This document shows, in pieces, positions 1 to 9,021 of a stretch of DNA of 64,000 nucleotides. Each line of letters opens with the position of its first letter. The first letter of the stretch is position 1. Under the pieces are notes generated by a model. The model did not search any database and was not told where the DNA came from. It worked only from the letters and a program-made list of their open reading frames with translations. The DNA lies in NCBI GenBank assembly GCA_028281385.1, contig JANQJY010000004.1, forward strand, positions 8,141-72,140, written 5' to 3'. This DNA is from Rickettsiales bacterium. Its GTDB lineage: Bacteria; Pseudomonadota; Alphaproteobacteria; Rickettsiales; UBA3002. The translations under genes were made by a program, and so were the position numbers.

Positions 1-309
1 ATGGTGCGGAGTATTAAGGATGACATCAAACACCTTATCGAGGAATGAATCATCTACGCCTTCATGAAACAGGTCGCTCATGGAATTTACGAAATAGATA
101 GTTGGTTTTTTGCGTCTAAGCGGCTGGCTTAAACGGTCTTCCATTACGGATAGCTTAAAACCATTATCGTAACCGTTAGCGCCCATAGCCTGAAGGCGCC
201 TAGCCATGACTTCAGCATAACAATGTTTGCAGCCAGGTGAGACTTTGGTACAACCCGTTGTTGGATTCCACGTTTGTTCTGTCCACTCAATCTTCGTTTT
301 ATTTGGCAT
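1..309 (-). CDS. DUF5131 / phage Gp37-Gp68 family protein, N-terminal 103 codons (gene runs off the left window edge)
   Basis: Own translation of the minus strand from ATG at 309: MPNKTKIEWTEQTWNPTTGCTKVSPGCKHCYAEVMARRLQAMGANGYDNGF... The W-N-P-x-x-G-C-x-x-x-S-x-G-C-x-x-C-Y three-Cys N-terminus is the hallmark of this family. Absent from the ORF track because it is edge-truncated. Confidence 0.7.
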   Translation of the reverse strand, partial: MPNKTKIEWTEQTWNPTTGCTKVSPGCKHCYAEVMARRLQAMGANGYDNGFKLSVMEDRLSQPLRRKKPTIYFVNSMSDLFHEGVDDSFLDKVFDVILNTPHH

Positions 310-360
310 AGCAGCCTCAACATACACGGATTTGCGAGTTTTTTGAATCGAAAAGGCTGG

Positions 361-1138
361 CTAAGTTTTCTTTATAGGCGGATAAAACACTCCCACAATC
401 ATAAACGGGTTACGGCTGCGGCGGATATGCCAATATTTCGTGGTGCCGAGATAGAAATACACCTCTCGCGTTTGTATCATTTCATCGAAATATTTTCGGT
501 GTAGATGTTTCTCAATAACGGCGTGGTGGTTGCCGTATTGTCGAATCAGTTTGCGGCACAGTTCGTAGATTTCCCAATCGAGAATCTGTAAACAACTGCG
601 TCGCCCGGTTTCATCTGCGAATGTGTAATGAAACGTAAACGGAATATGTTGTGCTGGCCGTCTTTTCATCCAGTGATTCAGATAGTATTTTCTTGCGTTC
701 CAAAAATGCTGGCTTGGAATCGGTTTTCTCGACCTTAAAGTTGATAATGCGCGCCGGTTTGAAGGTAGCAAGTGAGGTTGAGGTGCCGGTGTCTCGCGCC
801 TCGCTAATCAGTTTGGTGAGGTCGGTATAAACATTCTGTAGCACGATTTTCTTCCTTTCGTTCCAGCCGTTCTTCGTATCGAGATGACGTAATAGCTTGA
901 TCTTCCCAGCTAGCTTGTAGCTTTCGGGTCGGGGGTCACGCGTGTCCTTTTCCAGTCGTACTTCAATCCACTGATATTTTTTGAAGCGCTGGTCTTTATC
1001 GAGCAGCCGGTAGGGAATCGGGTAAATGCGAATCCAACTGCCGTCGCGCAACAAACCAGCCGTGCAAACTGTTTCCGTATATTTCGTGGATAAAAGCGGA
1101 GCCGTTTTGACCGTGACCAGTAATCTGGTCCGTTTCAT
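361..1138 (-). pseudogene. hypothetical protein interrupted by a frameshift (two overlapping ORFs, ~259 codons if fused)
   Basis: ORF 611..1138 (MKRTRLLVTVKTAPLLSTKYTETVCTAGLL...) and ORF 361..771 (...FTFHYTFADETGRRSCLQILDWEIYEL...FYLGTTKYW...) are collinear on the minus strand in frames offset by 1 and overlap by 160 nt. The tail of the first and the head of the second look like out-of-frame junk. Confidence 0.5.
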
Positions 1139-1156
1139 GGCATTCCTTATGTCGCG

Positions 1157-2008
1157 TTAAGTGTGTTTAATATGTTGAATCGGGATGGTGAAATCATCAC
1201 GTGCGCGCAAGGCTGAGGCTACGCGGCTGCGATGGCAATGATACGGCTCGGCTTCAAAGCAGGTAATCGCGACACGGCCATGTTGTTGGGCTAATTGTGC
1301 AAGCTGTTTCAACGCATCTTGTTGTCCTGCCAACGTGGTGCGTTCATATTCATCAAACAGTGCTTTGTAGTCCGCATCTGTTTTGAGGGCCTGACGTTTT
1401 TCAGAAACAATACCTAGTTCCGGCATGTGCAGGTAATCAATACCTGCCACCCCCAACGCGGATTGCAACTCACCCTTGGTAAAGCCGAATTTTTGACTAT
1501 AGGCATTTTTTCGAACATCGCATAACAGTTTCACCTTATGTGCAATCAGGCTATTGACATACGCCTCCGGCGATACACCTTCATAGCCAATGGTGAAAAA
1601 CATTGTTTCGTCTTCGCTATCGGTTTGTGCGGCTGTTGCACATTCTGGGTGGGATGCACGAATCTGTGCCAGCAATTCTTCGCGGGATAGTTGCTGCATC
1701 TGTTGGTTTTTCATTTTCTGAACGGCAATCTTCTCGAAGAAATCTAACTCAACCGCGAAACGCTTTACATTGGTTGGTGCTATCCAGTCATCGCCCGCTT
1801 CCAGCTTTTTCTTTTTGGTGAGTAGTTTCTTATCCTCCGCCGCTTGTAGTGAAACAGGCCCATCCGCAGATGGAATGAAATCATAATAGTGATTATGTTC
1901 AACAAAGCTGTGGCAGTAGAGAAACAGCAGCGGTTGCAGTTTGTCAGCGGGGATGTTTCCGCCAAGTTCCTGCATCAGCGCCATTAGAATTTTTTGACGG
2001 TGAATCAT
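1157..2008 (-). CDS. DUF488 domain protein with ~130-aa N-terminal winged-helix-like extension
   Basis: C-terminal half FFTIGYEGVSPEAYVNSLIAHKVKLLCDVRKNAYSQKFGF...ITCFEAEPYHCHRSRVA matches the DUF488 pattern (TIGYEG, DVR, CFE..HCHR). The N-terminal KLQPLLFLYCHSF...YDFIPSADGPVS resembles accessory wHTH modules. Confidence 0.75.
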   Translation of the reverse strand: MIHRQKILMALMQELGGNIPADKLQPLLFLYCHSFVEHNHYYDFIPSADGPVSLQAAEDKKLLTKKKKLEAGDDWIAPTNVKRFAVELDFFEKIAVQKMKNQQMQQLSREELLAQIRASHPECATAAQTDSEDETMFFTIGYEGVSPEAYVNSLIAHKVKLLCDVRKNAYSQKFGFTKGELQSALGVAGIDYLHMPELGIVSEKRQALKTDADYKALFDEYERTTLAGQQDALKQLAQLAQQHGRVAITCFEAEPYHCHRSRVASALRARDDFTIPIQHIKHT

Positions 2009-2495
2009 GGTTGGGCCTTATGGTTAGAAAAATAGGAATCTACCATTTCATCTATAGCGTGTGATTGGTCTCTCAGAAAGTGTCAAACCTAAGAAAAATT
2101 AGGACCGCTTCTCAATAAGAAGATCGCAAACAGTCTCGACTACCGAATACTCCATCCCCAAAAGCGATCCTCGATTCGGTGGACTGTATCCAGCCAAGCA
2201 AACGGCCTAGCTCTTTCTCCAGATAGTCGATTCTTTTTTCTGTATCCATGGCATTCCTTACATCTTAATATCAAAGGGTTAGTGAATAACCAGCATATTA
2301 TTACCATGATTGTAAAGTATAATGTTGCTTTCCAAGCTGTTGATGAAAAGAACGAAAAAAGTACGCTCCTTCAGCTTGCTGTAGCTTCCTGTAGCGACGG
2401 TCATAGACCATCATAGACATCGGACAAAATTCGAATGGATTGATTTTTGGTGATAACCTATTGTAACCCAATAGGTATCGATGCCAATAGGGTAA

Positions 2496-2543
2496 GCATT
2501 CGTAATGCGTAGGTCGTAGGTTCGAGTCCTATCATCGGCACCA
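2496..2543 (+). other. 3' fragment of a tRNA-Thr(CGU) gene (anticodon arm to CCA), putative island attR
   Basis: GCATTCGTAATGCGTAGGTCGTAGGTTCGAGTCCTATCATCGGCACCA. It has an anticodon loop TTCGTAA (CGT), a T arm GTAGG-TTCGAGT-CCTAT and an acceptor 3' strand plus ACCA, and closely resembles E. coli thrW from position ~29 onward. No complementary 5' acceptor strand (GCCGATG) or D arm lies upstream, so it is not a complete tRNA. Confidence 0.65.
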
Positions 2544-2583
2544 TTGTTCCTTACCTGTTTGCTAGTTTACAGGTAAGGAACAA
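2544..2583. terminator. perfect 15-bp stem hairpin directly after the tRNA fragment
   Basis: TTGTTCCTTACCTGT (2544..2558), 10-nt loop, ACAGGTAAGGAACAA (2569..2583), followed by TTT. It overlaps the last codons of the convergent SDR gene, so it could terminate both directions. Confidence 0.5.
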
Positions 2584-3303
2584 TTTGACACTATAGGGCA
2601 GCAAACGCAGCTGTTTCACCCAGAATGTAAATCCTTTAGGGAAGTGAATTTCAAAGCGCCGGCTTCTCAGGCCTTTGGCAATCGCTTTTGCCGCTTGTTC
2701 CGGTTCGATGCGCATGGGCATGTGAAATGCGTTTTTATCGGTCATGCGTGTGCGCACAAAACCGGGATTGATGACCTTTACGTCAATGTAATCGCCTACT
2801 TCTGCATACAGGCTCTCAGCGAAATTGATAATGGCAGCCTTGGTTGCGCTATAGGGCTGGCCGCCGGGAAGACCGGTATAGCCTGCTACACTACCGCAAA
2901 GAACGATTTGTCCCGAATGTTGCCGTTTAAATACAGGTAATATGGCATAAGTTGTGTAAATGGCCCCCAGTAGGTTTACTTCCACCAGCTGTCTGGCAAA
3001 GTCGATATCCATGTCATCAATATCGGCAGGCCTGTAGATCGCTGCCATGAACACGACACGATCCAATGTTTCTACTTTGTCCAGAATAGCCTCTGCCGTT
3101 TGCCTGACCTGCTCACTGTCCGATACATCCAATGGGTATATGTGGTGGCGTCCCCCGAGTTCCTGATTAAGCCGTTCCAGTTCTTCCTTGCGCCGTGCAG
3201 AGAGCAGAAGGGTTGCCCCCTGTTGTGACAGCTCGCTGGCCAACGCTTCGCCTATGCCGCTGCTGGCGCCGATGATCCAGATATGTTCATTTTCAAATGA
3301 CAT
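2551..3303 (-). CDS. short-chain dehydrogenase/reductase (SDR) family oxidoreductase
   Basis: N-terminal IIGASSGIGEALA (TGxxxGIG cofactor motif) and catalytic YSATKAA (YxxxK). Confidence 0.85.
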   Translation of the reverse strand: MSFENEHIWIIGASSGIGEALASELSQQGATLLLSARRKEELERLNQELGGRHHIYPLDVSDSEQVRQTAEAILDKVETLDRVVFMAAIYRPADIDDMDIDFARQLVEVNLLGAIYTTYAILPVFKRQHSGQIVLCGSVAGYTGLPGGQPYSATKAAIINFAESLYAEVGDYIDVKVINPGFVRTRMTDKNAFHMPMRIEPEQAAKAIAKGLRSRRFEIHFPKGFTFWVKQLRLLPYSVKLFLTCKLANR

Positions 3304-3839
3304 TACAGTTCTTGTTTTTGCATGAATAAGGTCAACTCCGCCACGGTAAATCCAAATTTCTTCAGGTAGGAACGATTAATCAATACCCCGTCATTCATCT
3401 GCCACATCCAGTCATCAAATGTCAGACGATATGTCGTATCGCCAACAGGTATGTCCATCCGGTAGTGCCAGTTGACAGCATTTCCTTTTGTGTTGCCCGT
3501 GGCTTTACCTACGATATCCTCCGCGGTACCTTCGTAACTACCATTCTCCCGTTTGGTAATCGTCCAGGTACGTTGCTGCGTTGTACCGTCATAGTAACGA
3601 AAGTCCTCTTTAAGTGTGCCAACATCCCCGTCCCATGTTCCTACCATATTAACATCAAAACGGCTAACCACGCGCCCACGCCAGTCCTGGACAATGCCCC
3701 ACGCCTTGATCGGGCCGGTGAAATAGGTTTTTATATCTGCTTCAGGCTGTGTACCCTTGTAATAATCCAGTGTATTACCGGAACATCCGCTAAACATGAT
3801 GACGACTCCTATCAGCAATGGGGTGAGTGTTTTGGGCAT
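3303..3839 (-). CDS. DUF3833 family lipoprotein
   Basis: Lipobox MFSGC after a hydrophobic leader. The YFTGPIKAWGIVQDWRGRVVSRFDV...WTGDVGTLKEDFRYYDG pattern and the conserved neighbourhood (SDR/MFS/CFA-synthase/DUF1365) fit this family. Confidence 0.65.
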   Translation of the reverse strand: MPKTLTPLLIGVVIMFSGCSGNTLDYYKGTQPEADIKTYFTGPIKAWGIVQDWRGRVVSRFDVNMVGTWDGDVGTLKEDFRYYDGTTQQRTWTITKRENGSYEGTAEDIVGKATGNTKGNAVNWHYRMDIPVGDTTYRLTFDDWMWQMNDGVLINRSYLKKFGFTVAELTLFMQKQEL

Positions 3840-5124
3840 GGTTTTCTCCTGATTGAGTGGGCTGCATGCGCCAGAGCATGAATGCAGCGGTTAATTTTAT
3901 GGCACAGGGAATAGCGGCGTAGGTGAGGCTTAATGTCCAGAGTGCCTCACGGCTATTTATTTGTCCTGCCTGGAATCCCGACCAGTCCAGAAGAGGAAAT
4001 ACAATGGCTGAAGCGACAGCCAGCACTGTCTTGGCCAGGAAAGCAAAGACGCCAAATTGTAAAGAGGCATGCTGTTCCTGTTGTCCGGCATGAATATGAT
4101 CGGCAAGGATGGAAGGGGGAAGGGCCAGATCCGCTCCGAAAGCGATGCCCGATAGCACACAAATCACCGCATACTGCCAGATATCGCCATTCCCCAGAAA
4201 ATACGCCCAGAAGAATGTCGCCACCGCAAGACACATGGCCATTATCCATGCATGGTATTTATTCCACCTGCGGCTTGCGAACTGCCAAAGCGGCATACCA
4301 GCAGCCCCGGAGAGGAAGTAAAGTGCGAGAAAGAGACCTGTATGGCTTTCTGCGCCCAGGCGATCCCGGATAAAGAACAGGACTAGTACCGCCGGAATGC
4401 TGGAAGCCAGCATGCTGATGCCGTAGATAATAAAGAAGCGCCGGGTATAGGAGGATATGGCTTTTAAAGAGGTCAGGATCGATTCTTTCCTATGCACTGA
4501 AGGGGTAGTCTGATCGTCAAAATATCTGCGATACCAGGTAAGGAATGTAATGATGCCAATGACGACCAGAAACACCAGTACTCCACTGACCCAAAGGAAG
4601 GTGTCCATCTTCGTCATGTTTTGCATCAATATGGCCGGCAGCAGTACTGCCAGCAGCAGTCCTGCCAGCCCGAAAGCTTCACGGAAGGCTGTAATACGTG
4701 TCTTCTGATGACTGTCTCTGGTCCACAGCCCTCCTGCGGTATTCAGGTTAATACTGAGCGTGCTGAACGCAGTAGTCGCCAACAGCATCATGAATGCAAA
4801 CCAGACCAGAGTGCCCTGTTGAAGAATGGGTTGGAATAAACCGGTAAAACTCAGCACCAATACCAGAGCTGCCATCAGCATAATCAGGAGACGTTTATGT
4901 GAAAAACGATCGCTGAGTCTGCCGATAAGCGGGTCCTGTATGGCATCAATAAATCTCAGAAACAGCAGGGCAAGACCGATGGAGGACAGAGACAGTTGAA
5001 ATTCTGTGGTATAGAAATCCGGCGCATGCACATACAGAGGCATTCCGGCAAATGCGATGGGGAAGGCGATGAACCCATAGTGCAGAAGAGCGTTACGCGG
5101 TAATGATGCGTCCTTATGCTTCAT
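3790..5124 (-). CDS. MFS transporter (GPH-like)
   Basis: 444 aa and about 12 hydrophobic segments. The RLSDRF motif lies after TM2, as in the sugar/GPH-type MFS D-R-x-G-R-R-like loop. Its 3' end overlaps the DUF3833 gene by 50 nt. Confidence 0.75.
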   Translation of the reverse strand: MKHKDASLPRNALLHYGFIAFPIAFAGMPLYVHAPDFYTTEFQLSLSSIGLALLFLRFIDAIQDPLIGRLSDRFSHKRLLIMLMAALVLVLSFTGLFQPILQQGTLVWFAFMMLLATTAFSTLSINLNTAGGLWTRDSHQKTRITAFREAFGLAGLLLAVLLPAILMQNMTKMDTFLWVSGVLVFLVVIGIITFLTWYRRYFDDQTTPSVHRKESILTSLKAISSYTRRFFIIYGISMLASSIPAVLVLFFIRDRLGAESHTGLFLALYFLSGAAGMPLWQFASRRWNKYHAWIMAMCLAVATFFWAYFLGNGDIWQYAVICVLSGIAFGADLALPPSILADHIHAGQQEQHASLQFGVFAFLAKTVLAVASAIVFPLLDWSGFQAGQINSREALWTLSLTYAAIPCAIKLTAAFMLWRMQPTQSGENHAQNTHPIADRSRHHV

Positions 5125-5633
5125 TGGATTCCCAGCAGTTTCCGGCGCAGGCCGGGCTCGGATGTGTTTTCAGCCAGCCAGATGTTGAAGAATTTCTCTG
5201 CGAATCCAGCGTCTTGAATCTGACCGATGTTTTTGTTTCCATGATAGAATCGTGTAGGGCTGCCGGGGGTGTAAATGCCGGTTAGCCGGGTGCCGTTCGT
5301 AACATTCGGGAATATGGTCTTCATTTGCGAATACCAGCCTGCCAGCCTGACTTCATCGGTAAAGCCCTGCTGCCTGATTTCGTGGGCGGAACGGTCGGCG
5401 ATGTCCTCTCCATCAATGGAGCGGAGATAATGTAATTTCAACGCAAAGGGCTGGTCTGGTCTCCAGGTGCCACCGGGAGCATAGAGGGTTGCTTCATAGA
5501 CATCCCAGAATGCATAGCTTAAGGTGCCCGAACCGACGACGGGAAATTCGGAACGATAGTCTTGCGTTCCGTCCTGTGCTTCTGCATCGGCATGAATGAT
5601 CAGAGAAAACAATAATACGGCAAGTTTAAGCAT
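5121..5633 (-). CDS. chalcone isomerase-like family protein (periplasmic)
   Basis: Signal peptide MLKLAVLLFSLIIHADA. YAFWDVYEATLYAP and LKLHYLRSI blocks are typical of bacterial CHI-like proteins in this gene cluster. 4-nt start/stop overlap with the neighbouring gene. Confidence 0.6.
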   Translation of the reverse strand: MLKLAVLLFSLIIHADAEAQDGTQDYRSEFPVVGSGTLSYAFWDVYEATLYAPGGTWRPDQPFALKLHYLRSIDGEDIADRSAHEIRQQGFTDEVRLAGWYSQMKTIFPNVTNGTRLTGIYTPGSPTRFYHGNKNIGQIQDAGFAEKFFNIWLAENTSEPGLRRKLLGIQ

Positions 5634-6882
5634 GTTGTAACTCCATTTGGATTACATCGGTTCTTCCCACAGCGAAACTGGCAATGCATGATGCCAGGTA
5701 AAATTGCCAAATGCGGATAAAGGCTTCATCAAACCCTAACGCACGGACGTCTGACAGTCTGGATTCAAACGTATGCAACCAGTATGTCAATGTCGTTGTA
5801 TAGTCCTTACCGAAGGCATGGCAGTCGGTTATGCGAAGACCGGCACGTTCTGCTTCCTGCCGGAAACGCATGGGAGTGGGCAGCATTCCTCCGGGGAAGA
5901 TAAAGCTGCGTATCATGTCTCCTCCCTTGCGGTAGCGCTCGAAATATTGATCGCCGATAGTAATCGTCTGGATGACGGCTTTACCTCTTCGCGTTAACAG
6001 GGATTGCAATTTATTGAAATATAGCGGCCAGAATTTTTCCCCGACAGCCTCGAACATCTCTATGGAAATGATATGATCATATGTACCTTTCTGGGACCGG
6101 TAATCTTCGATTACAATCTCGGCATGATTGCCCAGGCGCTTTTTTGCATAGGCATGCTGCTGCTCGGAGAGTGTGATGCCTTTTACAGAAAAATCATACT
6201 TTTCGATGGCGCGTTCGGCCAGACCGCCCCAGCCACAGCCTATCTCCAGTAAGTTGCCCGTGCGTGCATCCAGCCTTTCGAGCATTCGATCATACTTATT
6301 GTGTTGTGCCTGCTCCAGTGACTCCGTTTCGTGATGAAAAAGCGCAGAGGAATAACTCATGCCCGGGTCAAGCCATAGGTTGTAGAACTCATTGCCCAGA
6401 TCATAATGCGCATGAATATTTCTCCGGCTCCCTTTCAGCGTATTACGGGTAAAGATATAGAAAAACCGGCTTGCTACCCGCGACAGCATGTTGCCATATA
6501 TATAATTATTTAACGCGTGTGTGTTCTGAAGACCCACTAGAAACAGACGGGTTAAATCCTCGGAATCCCACCAACCATCGCGGTAAGCTTCTGCCAGGCC
6601 TATATCACCCTTGGAGGCAAAGGCAGGAATAGTACGCCAGTCATGAATATGGAAATGAGCATTAATTCCAGGAGTTTTTCCATGAAACACATGCTTTTTG
6701 CCATCAGGGGTGATGACCACCATCGAGCCATATTCCAAATGTTCTAAGGTACGTAAGAATTTGTCTGTGATCGAGTATTGCAGCATGGTTGTTTTCCTAT
6801 ATCCAACTGTCTTTAGCATACATGTACCGACTAACCCCCGCCTTACCTGTTCATTACATTTTGGTAAAGTGATGCGTGACAC
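5626..6882 (-). CDS. cyclopropane-fatty-acyl-phospholipid synthase family SAM-dependent methyltransferase
   Basis: HYDLGNEFYNLWLD, SAM motif I LLEIGCGWGGLA, and IEMFEAVG. An alternative start at Met33 (6786, MLQYSITDKF) is possible. Confidence 0.85.
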   Translation of the reverse strand: MSRITLPKCNEQVRRGLVGTCMLKTVGYRKTTMLQYSITDKFLRTLEHLEYGSMVVITPDGKKHVFHGKTPGINAHFHIHDWRTIPAFASKGDIGLAEAYRDGWWDSEDLTRLFLVGLQNTHALNNYIYGNMLSRVASRFFYIFTRNTLKGSRRNIHAHYDLGNEFYNLWLDPGMSYSSALFHHETESLEQAQHNKYDRMLERLDARTGNLLEIGCGWGGLAERAIEKYDFSVKGITLSEQQHAYAKKRLGNHAEIVIEDYRSQKGTYDHIISIEMFEAVGEKFWPLYFNKLQSLLTRRGKAVIQTITIGDQYFERYRKGGDMIRSFIFPGGMLPTPMRFRQEAERAGLRITDCHAFGKDYTTTLTYWLHTFESRLSDVRALGFDEAFIRIWQFYLASCIASFAVGRTDVIQMELQHA

Positions 6883-7633
6883 TGACCGTTTCTTCGTGCT
6901 GTTTCGGTTTGGTGATATAGTGAATGCCTTTGGAAAACAGCCTGATTGCCTGCCAGTGAATGAGGGTAATGGTTTTTAATGTCACGAATGGGTGCGTCCA
7001 GAAGGCACGGCGCAGTCTTTTGTTTGTGAGTGGCGCCAGCGTGCCGGTCAACGCGGTTGAAAGCTGTTTACGATCTTCCGCATCGTAATAGTCGATCCGG
7101 ATGCCCAGTGTTTCTTCTTCCAACGCAAAGCGGAACTGGTATTGCCCTTCACGCTTCAGAAATGGAGAAACGTGGAAGAGCTTATCCGCGCTTAACCATT
7201 CACTGTCATGAATGGCGCGATGGTCAGGATGGGCGCACAGATATGTATGTGTCTCTCCGAAGGTATTATTGACTTCACATAAGACGGCACGAAGCTGTTT
7301 ATCCGTATCAAAACACATCCAGAAACTGACAGGATTAAACACATAGCCCAACAAGCGGGGCATACTGATGAGGACAATATGTTCCGTCACGTCGTGCAGA
7401 TTATGGTTTGCCAGCAACTCACGCGCCCAGTGTTCCAGATTTGTACCATCCTTTGCGCCGTGGTCTTTTTCATAAAAGCTGATGAATGATGGGCGGTTGA
7501 TGCTTAATGAGGTTTCCGCAAGCGCCGCCAGCGGCAATGCGAGATAATATACCCTGTAAGTGAACTGATTGACTTTGGGAAAATGCCGTTTATGCATCAC
7601 TTTGGCGGTGAATATGTGCGGGGTTATGTCCAT
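6854..7633 (-). CDS. DUF1365 family protein
   Basis: N-terminal KVMHKRHFPKVNQFTYRVYYLALPL pattern, and canonical position between the FAD oxidoreductase and the CFA-synthase-like gene. Confidence 0.65.
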   Translation of the reverse strand: MDITPHIFTAKVMHKRHFPKVNQFTYRVYYLALPLAALAETSLSINRPSFISFYEKDHGAKDGTNLEHWARELLANHNLHDVTEHIVLISMPRLLGYVFNPVSFWMCFDTDKQLRAVLCEVNNTFGETHTYLCAHPDHRAIHDSEWLSADKLFHVSPFLKREGQYQFRFALEEETLGIRIDYYDAEDRKQLSTALTGTLAPLTNKRLRRAFWTHPFVTLKTITLIHWQAIRLFSKGIHYITKPKQHEETVSVTHHFTKM

Positions 7634-8880
7634 GGCACACTCACCCCAAGCTTCTCCGCCATCTGTACCGCGCTCATCAACCCGTCTTCATGGAAGCCGT
7701 AGCGCTGCCAAGCACCGCAATACCAGGTGCGATGCTGGCCCTGCAACTCTGCTAATCTGGATTGTGCATTGATTGCTCTCCGGTCGAAAACCGGGTGTTC
7801 AAACTGGTAACGATCATGAATCAATGAGGGTTCCGGCTGACTCCCCGGATTGAGCGTGACGATGATGGGAATATCCGTTCCCAGGGGCTGCAGGTTATTC
7901 ATCCAGTAGCTCAGGCTGACCACGGGGTTAGCGTCTTTCCTCCCTTCAGACAAATAGACCCAGCTGGCCCAGGCTGCCTTACGGTCAGGCATAAATCGCG
8001 TATCGCTGTGCAGGACCATCTCATTGGACTGATAGCGGATGTTGCCGATACTCTCCTGTTCCTGCCGGGTTGGTTGATCCAGCATGGCAATCGCCTGATC
8101 GGAATGGCAAGCGAATACTACCTGATCATAAGACATCACATTTCCCTGAGTATCATGTACATCAATATGATCGGCATGACGTACGACATTGCGTACACCA
8201 CAATTCAGACGGATTTGTTCTTTAAAAGGCGCGCTAAGTCGTTGTACATATTCCCTGCTTCCACCTCTGACCGTATACCATTGCGGCTGGTCGTTGACGG
8301 TCAATAATCCGTGATTATCAAAGAAACGGATGAAGGTCTTTGCAGGAAAATCCATCATCTGCGCCAATGGGGTGCTCCAGATCGCGCCCCCCATCGCCAG
8401 CAAATAATATTCGCGAAACCATGTTCCCACATTCAGCTCATCGAGGCATTGCCCCAGAGTGATCGCATCCTCTTCTTCCAGATAACGTATTGCCTGCTTA
8501 TTGAAACGTAATATATCTGCGACCATCCTCCAGAAAGCAGGTCTGAAAAGGTTGTGCTTCTGTGCAAAAACATTGCGAAGCCGTTGTGTGCCATATTCCA
8601 GCCAGCCGCCATCAATACTGACACCGAATGACATGTCGCTTTTTGCTATTGGTACGTCAAGATGGGTAAAAAGCGCCGTGAGCAGCGGGTAATTGCGATG
8701 GTTGAACACGATGAAACCGGTATCGACCGGTACCGTGCCTTCCGGCGTGCCGACCTCTACCGTACGGCTATGTCCCCCGATATATTCATTCGTCTCATAC
8801 ACCGTGATGTCATATGCCTGATGTAGCAAATAGGCCGTTCCTAACCCTGATATTCCGGTTCCGATGATGGCGATTTTCAT
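7624..8880 (-). CDS. NAD(P)/FAD-dependent oxidoreductase (amine-oxidase-like)
   Basis: Rossmann dinucleotide motif KIAIIGTGISGLGTAYLL...VYETNEYIGGHS at the N-terminus. Confidence 0.8.
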   Translation of the reverse strand: MKIAIIGTGISGLGTAYLLHQAYDITVYETNEYIGGHSRTVEVGTPEGTVPVDTGFIVFNHRNYPLLTALFTHLDVPIAKSDMSFGVSIDGGWLEYGTQRLRNVFAQKHNLFRPAFWRMVADILRFNKQAIRYLEEEDAITLGQCLDELNVGTWFREYYLLAMGGAIWSTPLAQMMDFPAKTFIRFFDNHGLLTVNDQPQWYTVRGGSREYVQRLSAPFKEQIRLNCGVRNVVRHADHIDVHDTQGNVMSYDQVVFACHSDQAIAMLDQPTRQEQESIGNIRYQSNEMVLHSDTRFMPDRKAAWASWVYLSEGRKDANPVVSLSYWMNNLQPLGTDIPIIVTLNPGSQPEPSLIHDRYQFEHPVFDRRAINAQSRLAELQGQHRTWYCGAWQRYGFHEDGLMSAVQMAEKLGVSVPWT

Positions 8881-9021
8881 AGGATCATTCTTCAGTTATG
8901 TCATGGTTCTTTATTGTCTGTATCACCTTAAGATACTCCGTGTGAATATGTCTTCTGACAGGAATTTCATACCTGTCACCATACGTCCTACGCCATTGCG
9001 TCAGGCTTTCTAACATATGAA

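Noticed and set aside
274-504. 76-aa plus-strand ORF
   Set aside because: It is antisense to the DUF5131 start and to the 3' part of the frameshifted gene. It has no RBS and no recognisable protein features.
2113-2250. 45-codon minus-strand ORF MDTEKRIDYLEKELGRLLGWIQSTESRIAFGDGVFGSRDCLRSSY, whose first ~28 residues resemble N-termini of membrane effector proteins seen in defence islands
   Set aside because: It is too short, ends in non-protein-like sequence and has no TM segments. At best it is a truncated relic. It is mentioned under the island finding but not called as a gene.
2460-2543. Possibility that a complete tRNA-Thr gene is present
   Set aside because: The sequence where the 5' acceptor strand (GCCGATG), D arm and top of the anticodon stem should be does not pair with the 3' half. 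Only ~48 nt are tRNA-like.
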